A stretch of DNA of 63,952 nt, filler included, from Chrysochromulina tobinii (taxonomy: Eukaryota): NCBI GenBank assembly GCA_001275005.1. It is 5 parts of 5 records of this genome, joined end to end, with 100 filler letters (N's around TTAATTAATTAA, not from the genome) between each part and the next. Parts side by side here need not be neighbours in the genome. Positions count along the whole stretch, not along the records: positions 1 to 14,607 come from JWZX01001429.1; positions 14,708 to 27,053 come from JWZX01001430.1; 3 more parts are not named here. One strand, 5' to 3'. Below, piece by piece: positions 9,701-18,356 of the stretch (position 1 is its first letter; the number at the start of each line of letters is the position of its first letter). The translations under genes were made by a program, and so were the position numbers. Below the pieces are notes generated by a model that was not told the origin of the DNA, did not search any database, and worked only from the letters and a program-made list of their open reading frames with translations.

Positions 9701-11744
9701 GATCGGCGCTGAACTCGACCCGCAGCAGCCCCCCGAGCGCCTCGAGCACCTTGCAAGGCAGGTAGTTGCCGTGCAGACCGACGATGCGTAGCGGGAGCGT
9801 CCAGCGCTCCCGCAGCTCGCTCAGCCCCAGCTTCGCCTCCGTGCCGCTATCGAACTTGGCCACGAAGCCAGCGCCATCGGGACGCTCCAGAAAGGAGCTC
9901 TGGAACGCGCCGCCGTGAGCCCCTTCACTCCGCGCGTGCCAGGCAAGCATCGGGCGCGCGACCGCCACATCGAACTGCATCGGCGCGATGTCGTGCCACG
10001 CAAGCTCGCCGCCGTCGGCCCATCGACGCTCGCCACGCCCGTGGTGCACCAGGTACCGCCCGGCCATCGGGGCGCCGCCTTCGCCCTGGGCATGCGCCTC
10101 CACGAGCGCTTCACGCCAGCTGCCGATCATCGCGAAGACCTCGTCGCCCATCTTGAGCACATGGCGCGGCCGGACGCCGCGTGTGAGCAGCGGCGGCAGT
10201 ACCCGCTCGCGGGATACCTCCCACGCCGTGCCGTCTGCACCCTCGTCGATCTCGCCGTCGCCGTCGGCGTCGCCGCCGCCCTCTCCGCCGTCACGCTCAA
10301 CCGCGACGGCGAGCTCGATCGTACCCTTGCCAGCGAGGGCGCGAGAGAGCTCGTCCTCCGATCGCACCGTCTCGCCATCGACGCGCAGCACCCGATCGCC
10401 CACGCACAGCCCCGCCTCATCCGCCGCGCTGCCTGGTCGGAGCTCGACTATCCGACTGCTCGCATCGAGGACGAAGCCGAAGCCCTGCCCATTGGGCTGT
10501 GAATGTGAATGCTCGTTGGGTTGGGACACACGGACGATCAGGGGCGTCTGGCGCGCGGGGCGGCGCAGGCACACCGTCTCCCCTTCGGAGCGTACCACGA
10601 GCGCCGCACTCAGCCAGCGCGCACTCGCCACACCCTCGCTCGGAGCGACACACACCATCGTGCCCGGCGGCAGCGGCTCGTTGCGCTCCGCCGGTGGCAG
10701 CTCGAGCTCCCGAGGAGATACGATCTCGCACCCCGAGAGCCATCGGACTGAGCCACTCGCGAGCTTGACAGCGTACATGCCGTCCGGGGTGAAGTCATGC
10801 AGCTTGGCTCGCTGGAAACCGCCCGAGGCCACGAGCACTCGAAACGAGGTGTCGAGGCGTGTACGCAGCTGCGCCAGTGCCACGTCACGTGCCTCGCCGG
10901 ACTCGTCCACGCACGTGGCGATCTCCTTCTCGAGGTCGACACTCTGCAGGCTGACCTCGGTAGGCACGCCGCGGGCGTCCAGAGCGAGCACGCGCGAGCC
11001 CTGAAGCAGTCCGGCCGGATCCGCTGCCTCATCCAGTGCTAGCTGGCCGCCGCTCACCCAAACCTTGCGCACGCTCGGATCGGTTGGTGTCGCGTCCAGC
11101 TTGACGCACCGTCCGCGCGCGCGCGAGGGGGAGCCCTCGAGCAAACCGGCACGCCACACGCCGCGCAGTGCGAGCACGCGCTCGCCCACCCGCAAACGCT
11201 GCCCACTGCCCAGCACGTTGCCGTGGATGACGGGCAGGCGCAGCGCACTCGCAGCATGCGTGCTCCGCGTCTTCGCGGCGTCGTCGGCCCGCACCACCCA
11301 GTGCTCCTCGCTCGAGGACGCGCCGGAGATGCCGGCGGCACTCCCGGGAACGCGACGCACCAGCGTGCCCTGCAGCAGCGCGGCCGTCGGCCCGCTCTCG
11401 TCCACCGGCCGCAGGACCGTCGTGCCCGGCTGTAGCGACCGCTGAGCGACCGGCATATCGGGCAGCACGAGCTCGGAGGCAGTGGCCCAGCGTTCGCCAC
11501 TGTCGTCATCAAAACGAACCTGGTAGAATGCCTGCATAACCGTCATCAGCCGAGCGGGCTCGTAGCGGCCCCACAGGCACCAGACCTTCGTGCCCTCGGG
11601 CGGGGGCGCTGCTTTGTGCGAGAGCTCGTCGTCCGTATCGACGGTAGCAGCGATGGCGTCGTCCGCGGCTGGCCTCTTCAGGCTCGCAGCGAGCTCTTCG
11701 TCGGTGTCGACCTCGTCCGCCGCCATATTGAAATTCGTTGGCAT
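6756..11744 (-). CDS. Large intronless protein: repeated Tudor/Agenet-like units, one PDZ domain, long array of IQ calmodulin-binding motifs
   Basis: 1662-aa ORF. PDZ: GFGFVLDASSRIVELRPGSAADEAGLCVGDRVLRVDG. Many IQxxxRGxxxR motifs in the C-terminal half. Repeated G-x-x-V-x-A..W units N-terminally. Start may be the second ATG at 11726. Confidence 0.85.
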   Translation of the reverse strand: MPTNFNMAADEVDTDEELAASLKRPAADDAIAATVDTDDELSHKAAPPPEGTKVWCLWGRYEPARLMTVMQAFYQVRFDDDSGERWATASELVLPDMPVAQRSLQPGTTVLRPVDESGPTAALLQGTLVRRVPGSAAGISGASSSEEHWVVRADDAAKTRSTHAASALRLPVIHGNVLGSGQRLRVGERVLALRGVWRAGLLEGSPSRARGRCVKLDATPTDPSVRKVWVSGGQLALDEAADPAGLLQGSRVLALDARGVPTEVSLQSVDLEKEIATCVDESGEARDVALAQLRTRLDTSFRVLVASGGFQRAKLHDFTPDGMYAVKLASGSVRWLSGCEIVSPRELELPPAERNEPLPPGTMVCVAPSEGVASARWLSAALVVRSEGETVCLRRPARQTPLIVRVSQPNEHSHSQPNGQGFGFVLDASSRIVELRPGSAADEAGLCVGDRVLRVDGETVRSEDELSRALAGKGTIELAVAVERDGGEGGGDADGDGEIDEGADGTAWEVSRERVLPPLLTRGVRPRHVLKMGDEVFAMIGSWREALVEAHAQGEGGAPMAGRYLVHHGRGERRWADGGELAWHDIAPMQFDVAVARPMLAWHARSEGAHGGAFQSSFLERPDGAGFVAKFDSGTEAKLGLSELRERWTLPLRIVGLHGNYLPCKVLEALGGLLRVEFSADQSVRWALPEQLLAEEPVRADLAVGSHVAVERRGGMDADPHYERASLYKFGKGGDVEIVREGENVREVVPLAALRRTRLPSEMQGLVEGATAFAMHGVWRYGLVGGIMDDLGGLDGRVAAHVFDDAGKVIPTTLSKRDWATLDSDGGTMLAKLKRGAPIVMACDDGSFIEALLVKLPDAAGLLSVMLADGVAKQPHISTVRARVGEGHPYEYVAREAATRGERFEGFQVILVQKRWRALVARRTAARKAAERRQRFHAMMLAQRLARGWAARRRAERKRRERDEKLKKLHATMCLQRRARGWVARRRAEHKRREREMARAAAYAAWQAARAAAAKVIQGGWRRYRARNLRKELKLAATKVAAHERERAAAVLIQARWRGKAARIELGRRREAAAAAAALAAAEEAAQRELEARQAAVRIQGAWRLYWAKKLRNRLRSAADAARAQSHREEAAATRIQSMARRRAAIRRLRRAQAAATTIQARARGRRERRRYARTRARIVLVQSSWRRHLAIGQLRRALAAATKIEAEERGRAARKRYRHAIAAAITIQAHARGWHARRRLEVSSGHVVRVQSNWRRYKAIKGLRLARAAATRIAAAHRRHVARVAYLRARRAAIIIQTYERRASACRRRRNACGAAIVIEAHARGMFGRREARRLRRLEDAWDLVGLSILEIQRCARGLLARRLAPWMRRDRAATLIQRFARGRAVRRPGGVGNRAAARRAVIRVQASARRLHARHAYARTRARIERVQARARTIHPRRAYAHARAAATTIERFGRGLLARRRKQRALSAARALQRGWRTHRRRVALYTFVAKSRAIVVHIQRIMRGRKVYKATRPAVAQYRADKAAKEVARVEAAHTKRALETTRLHSLLARTDASAARYGLGALAGVVAAAAAAAARPSSPDPLALYTASANGYSALAKPTAARRRRLPHEYPSSELALLEPKAAIAQLAAAEARLHGGGCGRSRQPSESVLSRRRTAR

Positions 11745-11938
11745 GGATGGAGCGCTCGCGGAGCGCTTCGTGTGGACGGATTTTGCTCAGTACAACGCGC
11801 GAGCTGGGCGCGCTCGCATGAGCACCAAGTACTGTGTCAACCCTTCTGAACTTTTACACACACTCTCACACAGGTACCCGGAGCAACGCGCACGGTCAGG
11901 TTCACGATTGTCGGTGCCGCGCGAAAACGCCTCATTGC

Positions 11939-14182
11939 TCATACGCGAGTGAAATGTAGGCGCTCGGAGGGCTCTCCCGTGCTACAGTGGAACGTATTGC
12001 CACTCCTCAGCTTGAGCTTCAGAGCGCCCAGTCGGCGCTGTGTGTGAGCGAGCTGCTCAGCGAGCCTCTCGATGCGGCTTTCGGCATCAGAGAGCTCGCG
12101 AGCAAGCAAGCCTTGCTCGACGCCAGCCTCAATTGCTGCGGTCAAGTCGTCTGGGATGCCGTCCATCAGGTATTGCACGGCGCGATCGGCGTCGCCAAAG
12201 GCTGCGCGCAGCGCGGCAACCGCCATTTCGCGCGGGAACCCCATAGCCTCGAGCATCGACAGCTTCTCTTCTTCCGCGGGGGAGAAGTGTTGTTGCTCCA
12301 CTGGCGCTGGCGGTGCGGGAGCGGGTGCAGGCGAGGGTGCAGTGTCCGAAGTGGCCACGTCGATATCGTATTGGTCTTCTTTGACAGTCCTGACCGTGAT
12401 CTTCACCATGTCGGCGGAGACACGCCCCTTGAGTAGCGCCGCCCTCGCGTCCTCATTGAGCACCTTGTCTTTCGTGATGAGCTCCTCCCCCACTTCGCCC
12501 TCGCCCGGACCCATCCACTTGCCATCGGAGGCCCATGCGATCCATCTGTCCTCCGTCGCATGCTTCCACACCGGCTTCCCGTTGGCGATGCGTTGTGGCG
12601 CCAGAAAGTAGGTGCCCAGGCACTCCGTCTTGACCTTCAGCTCTCCGCAGAGGCTCATCGAGGTGGGCACGTCCCGGAAGCACTTGCAGGTAGGGGCCTT
12701 GACCCACTGCTTTGCCTTGCCATCATACACCTCCCAGACCGCGGTTGACTGGTGCGGCAGACTGGCTGTGGTATCCTCCAATTTCATGAAGCCTAGGGCA
12801 TTAACGCCGCCCACATGCACGCCCGGCTGTACCTTCCACTTGCCATCGGAGGCCCATGCGATCCATCTGTCCTCCGTCGCATGCTTCCACACTGGCTTCC
12901 CGTGGGCAGTGCGTTGTGGCGCCAGAAAGTAGGTGCCCAGGCACTCCGTCTTGACCTCCAGATCTCCGCAGAGGCTCATCGAGGTGGGCGCGTTCTGGAA
13001 GCACTTGCAGGTAGGGGCCTTGACCCACTGCTTTGCTGTGCCATCATACTCCTCCCAGACCGCGGTCGACTGGTGCGGCAGACTGGCCGTGGCATCCTCC
13101 AATTTCATGAGGTTTGCATTGTTAACGCCCACATCCACGCCCTCCTGTACGATCATCCGGCTGATCGCGTGGGCGCGTAGGTCTTCGAGCCCCTTGAGTA
13201 GCGCCGCGCTCGCGTCCTCATTGAGCACCTTGTCTTTCGTGATGAGCTCCTTGTCTTTCGCGATGAGCTGCATTTGGGCACGGATGAGCTCATCCTTCGC
13301 CTCGACCTCCTTACGGAGCCAATTGATAGTCCCCTGCAGGGCGGTCTTTTCCTCGAGGATGTATCGATGCACTCGATGATCCGAAGTCGAGGCATCCTCT
13401 TTCATCTTGCGCAGTTCCTTCAGCTCGTTCCTCAGCTGGTGATTCTCGACGCCCAGCTTCACCGACCGCAGGGTGAGCGCGCTCTTGCTCCGGCGGCAAT
13501 CGTGGAGCAGCGTTGCGTATTGTCGTACGTGCGCCTGGATCATCTTGGCCGCGCCAAGCTTTCTCAAGAAGGCACGGCGATTGGAGCGAGAGCGCACGAC
13601 GGCCTGCAGGAGAGCAGCGTGCGCCTTGACGGCTGCAAACATGTGTTGGGCAGCTCGGCGTCGGCTTGCCACCTGGAGGGTCGTCGCTGCGAGGCGCGCT
13701 TTGGCGTATGCTGCGACGCAAATCATGCGGCGCCCGCAGGCTTCTAGCGTCGTCGCCGCCTTCTTTTGCGCACGGAACTGCATACGACCACGCCGCCCGC
13801 GGAAGTTGCTCTGCAAGCGAGTCGCGTTTGCCTGCGCGCGCCGCAGCACTCGCATGGCGACGACGCGGCGCCACACGCTGGCGATTACAACCGAGCTTGC
13901 CCTGGCGGGACCGTCCGTCACCAAGCCTGCGATCGCCGCCATCACATGGTCCCTCTGCTTCATGAGTGCCATCTGCTTTTGCGTCTGCTGCTGCATCTGT
14001 TGCATCTGCTGCTGCATTGTGCACATCATGCGGAACATTGTGTTGGGCGTCGGAATATCATTGAGCGGCGTGCGGTCGATGATCTTCGACTCCGCGCGCT
14101 TGAGCCACGAGGGAGTCTCCGACTCGTCGTCACCGACGCCGGGTGTCAGCATCGCTCCCCTCTTTTGAATTGACCGCGACAT
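11939..14182 (-). CDS. Chimeric protein: IQ motifs, coiled coil, duplicated ~107-aa Trp-rich module, Rad23-like UBL fragment + UBA domain
   Basis: Open frame with IQ motifs (LQSNFRGRRGR, IQAHVR). UBA: LEAMGFPREMAVAALRAAFGDADRAVQYLMDGIP. Start uncertain (ATG at 14182 or 14152). Confidence 0.7.
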   Translation of the reverse strand: MSRSIQKRGAMLTPGVGDDESETPSWLKRAESKIIDRTPLNDIPTPNTMFRMMCTMQQQMQQMQQQTQKQMALMKQRDHVMAAIAGLVTDGPARASSVVIASVWRRVVAMRVLRRAQANATRLQSNFRGRRGRMQFRAQKKAATTLEACGRRMICVAAYAKARLAATTLQVASRRRAAQHMFAAVKAHAALLQAVVRSRSNRRAFLRKLGAAKMIQAHVRQYATLLHDCRRSKSALTLRSVKLGVENHQLRNELKELRKMKEDASTSDHRVHRYILEEKTALQGTINWLRKEVEAKDELIRAQMQLIAKDKELITKDKVLNEDASAALLKGLEDLRAHAISRMIVQEGVDVGVNNANLMKLEDATASLPHQSTAVWEEYDGTAKQWVKAPTCKCFQNAPTSMSLCGDLEVKTECLGTYFLAPQRTAHGKPVWKHATEDRWIAWASDGKWKVQPGVHVGGVNALGFMKLEDTTASLPHQSTAVWEVYDGKAKQWVKAPTCKCFRDVPTSMSLCGELKVKTECLGTYFLAPQRIANGKPVWKHATEDRWIAWASDGKWMGPGEGEVGEELITKDKVLNEDARAALLKGRVSADMVKITVRTVKEDQYDIDVATSDTAPSPAPAPAPPAPVEQQHFSPAEEEKLSMLEAMGFPREMAVAALRAAFGDADRAVQYLMDGIPDDLTAAIEAGVEQGLLARELSDAESRIERLAEQLAHTQRRLGALKLKLRSGNTFHCSTGEPSERLHFTRV
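12515..13110. repeat. Intragenic direct duplication, 321-bp period (12515-12789 vs 12836-13110)
   Basis: Two near-identical DNA copies encoding ...LGTYFLAPQR..GKPVWKHATEDRWIAWASDGKW. Confidence 0.9.
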
Positions 14183-14607
14183 CTGCTCGTGTGGCTGTGA
14201 ATCACAAACGCGCACAGACTCTCAGGACCCCCAAGCACGGGGACCTCTACTAGCTTACTGACCGGTAAAAAGTGTGGATTCCGTGCACCTTTTGTCGCTC
14301 GGTCATTGAGATTCGTCGGTGCCCCCCATAGGTCTTTCTGGATGGTTTATTCGTGCGGCCACGATAGAATCGGGGACACTCTTGAACGAAGCCGCGTTCG
14401 GGCGGTACGCACATCAAACTTGACCGAAACAGCGAAAATGGGCGTCGGACGAAAGTGTCCCCGATCGCGTTCGCTCCGCCGCCATCTCATTGCTCTGGCC
14501 ACTTTCGGACTCACCAGCTGCCGTCGCGTATCCGAGCGACAAAATGGCGTCTACGAGCAAGCCAAACACCCCAAATTTGGAAGGCGCCGCTGCCGCGGCG
14601 GCACTGT

Positions 14608-14707
14608 NNNNNNNNNNNNNNNNNNNNNNNNNNNNNNNNNNNNNNNNNNNNTTAATTAATTAANNNNNNNNNNNNNNNNNNNNNNNNNNNNNNNNNNNNN
14701 NNNNNNN
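14608..14707. other. Artificial contig linker
   Basis: 44 N + TTAATTAATTAA (stops in six frames) + 44 N. Confidence 0.98.
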
Positions 14708-15521
14708 CCCACCGCATCCCCCACCCGCCCCCAACCTGCTGCGTGACTTGATACGCGACGCCCTTGCGCCCCTGCACGCGTACGTAGCAGAGGCACCCAC
14801 GTACCAACCGTACGCCCTCGGCGCGCTGCTCCTCCTCAGCCTCACAGTGTGCGCGCGCTATCTCGAGCTGCGAGATCGCGCAGGGCGCGCCGGCCAAAAG
14901 GCCTTTTTGACGAAGCTCAGTTTGGGCGCGAGCGTGGACGAAGCCCGGGCTGCGTCCTGCCTCGCGGAGTGTGAGCTCCTCATCACGGCATTCCAAATCT
15001 GCTGCCTGCCCTGCGCGCTCACCACGGCGCTCATCGGCTTCGCGTCCGAGCGCCGTTATGAGCACTTGGGCGAGGAGCGCGCTGGTGAGCGCGGCGGTGG
15101 TGAGCGCGGCGATGCGCGCGGCCGCTCGCCGCCCCGCACGCCCCCTCGCACGCTCGTCGCCGCCGCCAAGAGGGGACTCGAGACCGCCACGCCACCGGCA
15201 CAGTTTGGACACCCAGCGCCCACGCTGATCGCCCTCGATGGCCAGTTGGTCACCGCCCAGCACGGCGCGTACGGAGCCCAGCACGGCGCGTTCGGAGCCC
15301 AGCACGGCGCGCTCAATGGCCCATTGGTCACCACCACCACCGCGCGCTCGTCCCTACCGGTAACCGGAGCCCCCCCCCCACCACCACCGGGGCCGGGCCG
15401 CCGGGGCTCCCCCCCGCCCAGTCGCAGGGGGCCGAGCCACGCGCCCGAGACGGCGCCCAGTCGCAGGGGGCCGAGCCACGCGCCCGAGACGGCGCCCGAG
15501 GACGCCTCGGTCGAGGCGTGA
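14708..15521 (+). CDS. 5'-truncated hypothetical ORF with short tandem peptide repeats (possibly TE-derived)
   Basis: Long open frame near the contig edge ending at TGA 15519-15521; 21-bp (AQHGAxG x3) and 39-bp (PSRRGPSHAPETA x2) repeats; no recognised domain. Confidence 0.35.
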
Positions 15522-16467
15522 GGGCGCCCACGACGGCGCCCGACGGCACTCCCGCGTGGCCTCCCCTTGTGCCACTTCGGGGCATATGCTCTCGTGGGCA
15601 ATATGGATTGCATGCGGATCAGTTACGGTACAGTGACGGATCACAGTGCTGGGATGCTCGTGAGTGTGAATGCATGCGGATCAGTGACGGATCACCAACT
15701 CGATTGTGGGATGCGACGCGCCCCCTGCCTTGCATGCAAGTGCCCACCACGGCGCTGGTTGGTCAAGTCGATGGTGGGATGCGACGGCGGCGAACATGGA
15801 CGGCGGATGGGACGCTATGATAGAATACGCTATGAATACATCTGTACTGATATGAATGATGGTGCACAATCCCGAAGTCGGAGACTGAAAACAGTCCCGA
15901 AGTCGGTGTGCGTGTCGTGTGGTCGTGTGGTCGGCCTTGTGTGCCCGGCGCGCTCCGACTGCCCACGTCGCACGTCGCACGTGTGGGCCACGGTCATGTG
16001 ATGGCGCGTGCTGTGTCGAAGTATTTCAAGAGGTGCAGGTGCCGGAACAGCTCTCAGCTTCGGATGGTGAGCCGCCCCTGCCCGCCTGCGTTTGCCGTTT
16101 CTCAAATTCCGAATGTAACAAAAAATTGGCCTTGGTGACTCGGGCGTGCGGTGCGTCTTCACTCTGCCGGAACAAGAACGAAGTAACCTACAAAGGTGAA
16201 CATAAACGCTCCGTCGGATGCGGATTGAGGGGCGACGGGCGTGTGGAGCTGGAGCCGCGACACCGCCGAGACCCAGAGCCAGTCGAGCGACGCCCAGACC
16301 CGCGGGACGGTGATTCGGACCGGGCGATTCACGCGCGTGTTCTGTCTGCCACAAGACCGCGCATGGAGCCCTCCGCGGCCTTCCACCCCTCCCTCTGAGT
16401 CTCGCTCTAATTGCCCTAATTGCCCTAATTGCCCTCTGAGTCTCGCTCTCTCTCTCTCTCTCTCTCT

Positions 16468-17844
16468 CTACCCATGGCAGCGGATGCTCTCGGCCGCATT
16501 CTTGGCGGACGACTGGCCGCCCTTTTGGAGCTTCCGTTGGTGGATCTTCTCCGCCGGCCAGAAGACCTTCGCGGGGCGCACCTGTGGGGAGAGTATTGCG
16601 CCGTGGTGAGCACTTGCATGCCGAGCCGGCCAGAAGATCTTCGCGGGGCGCACCTCTGTCACTACCTTACGCCGATAGCGCATCTGACGCTGCTGCTCCT
16701 TCTCAATCGACAAGAGAGCGGCCGCTCGCTGCGCCTCGTTGTGCGGGTACAGGCCCGTGCGGTACTGGGTGCCCACGTCGTTCGCGCCGTCCGGCGTCGT
16801 CGCCATGTTCAGCCGCGTGCTGTCCCAAATTTGGGTCGAGAGAAGAAAGAAGCTTCTCAGAGCTCAATCAGAGTAATCATAGTAATCATAGGTCAACCAA
16901 GGACAATCAAGCGCACACACCTGTCCACGGTCGAAAGAAGCTTATCGCAGAGCGCTTCGTAGCTGACCAGTTTAGGATCATAGGTGAGCATCAGAGCCTC
17001 GGTATGCCCAGTGAGGCCGGAGCTCACCTCCGCATAGCTCGGCCGCTCCGTGCGACCCTGCGTGTACCCGACGCACGTCTGGATCACCCCGGGCAGCCGT
17101 TGGAAGTGCAGCTCCGTCCCCCAGAAGCACCCGCCTGCAATTAGGGCAATTAGGGCAATTAGGGCAATTAGGGCAATTAGGGCAATTAGGGCAATTAGGG
17201 CGAGACTCAGAGGGAGGGGTCCCCCAGAAGCACCCGCCTGCAAAGGTCGCCACCTCATACTTGCCGTCGGCCGAGCGCATGGGCACCTCGCCCGCGAGCG
17301 CCCACGCAGCGGCCTGGCTCGCGAGCGAGTTGACGGCGGCGCCCTCGCTCTCGAGGCCCTCGCTGTAGTGGTCCACTTTGCCCACGCCCGCCATGCGCGC
17401 CAGCTGATAGGACATGTACGCGATGAGGACCACGCCGCCGCTGAAGGACGTGTACGGGAAATCGGACAGCGCGGCCCCGTTTGCGATCCAGCTCACGATG
17501 GCCACATTAGCCGCCAGATCCTTGAGAGTCAACCCAACGATCGCCGTATACGCGATCGCGTACAGCGACGGGAAGGGAATTTCGGCGAGCACGTTCGTCT
17601 CTCCCGCGACCGCCGCCGGCACAATGGTCGGCGGTGGCTCCTTGACCTTTTCGGCCATCCGGAGCGCGTGCGAGCGGACGGCGACCGCTGCCGGCACAAT
17701 GGTCGGCGGTGGCTCCTTGACCTTTTCGGCCATCCGGAGCGCGTGCGAGCGGACGGCCGTGGGTCGCACGCGCGCATGTACGTTTGGCGCGAAGCTTGCG
17801 CTCGCAGCGTGCAGCACACTCAGCAACGAGAAGACAAAACGCAT
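16468..17844 (-). CDS. msrA: Plastid-targeted peptide methionine sulfoxide reductase A (366 aa); exons 17844-17238, 17134-16921, 16819-16654, 16581-16468
   Basis: Spliced product has ATFAGGCFWGTE, VGYTQG, GLTGHTEA, NDVGTQYRTG, FWPAEKIHQ, CHG*. N-terminal ASASFAP motif. Intron phases are consistent; the first intron is GC-AG. Confidence 0.92.
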
Positions 17845-18356
17845 GTTGCGAAAATACATGAAAGTTCGCGGAAACTCCGTACTCGTGTGGCGCAGACAAG
17901 TCAATTCATGTCAAGCCCACCGGCGTCAGATACGCGGAACATTCGGGCCCCAATGTGTCGGGCAGGGGCGGGTGTGGCATGCAAAGGCATGCGCCAACGT
18001 ACGTCCCGATCGCGGCCCGCGCCGAATGATCAATTAGGCTTGCGTCGTGAGGTCGTGTCGACGTCGTCTCGCCGCCGGCCGCGGCGGTCAGGACGGGGGG
18101 GGCGCGCGCGGTGCGGGTCGGACACTCGAGTGAACCTGTCTCGTGATTATATTATAATTAAGGACGGGATGGCACCCAGCCATTACAAAAGGGCTCACAG
18201 GCTGTCAGTGGTAAGACTTTCTGAAGAACCTCACCACGGTCGCCCCGCCGCCAATGTGTGAATGTGAAACCCACCCCAGAAGACGAGCTATCTGCGCGCG
18301 CTCGCTCCTCGCTCTCACTGCCGTGTGTGTTGTGCAGATCACATCACTGACGTTCA

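Noticed and set aside
7098..11512. Many long antisense and alternative-frame ORFs overlapping real genes (also across 46500-56600)
   Set aside because: Expected shadow ORFs in very GC-rich coding DNA; Arg/Ala/Pro-rich with no motifs.
14652..14663. Palindromic TTAATTAATTAA recurring four times
   Set aside because: Always centred in exactly 44+44 Ns; a synthetic six-frame-stop linker. ORFs crossing the gaps are artefacts.
15919..16398. Possible + strand gene downstream of msrA
   Set aside because: No recognisable domain or consistent exon structure in any frame.
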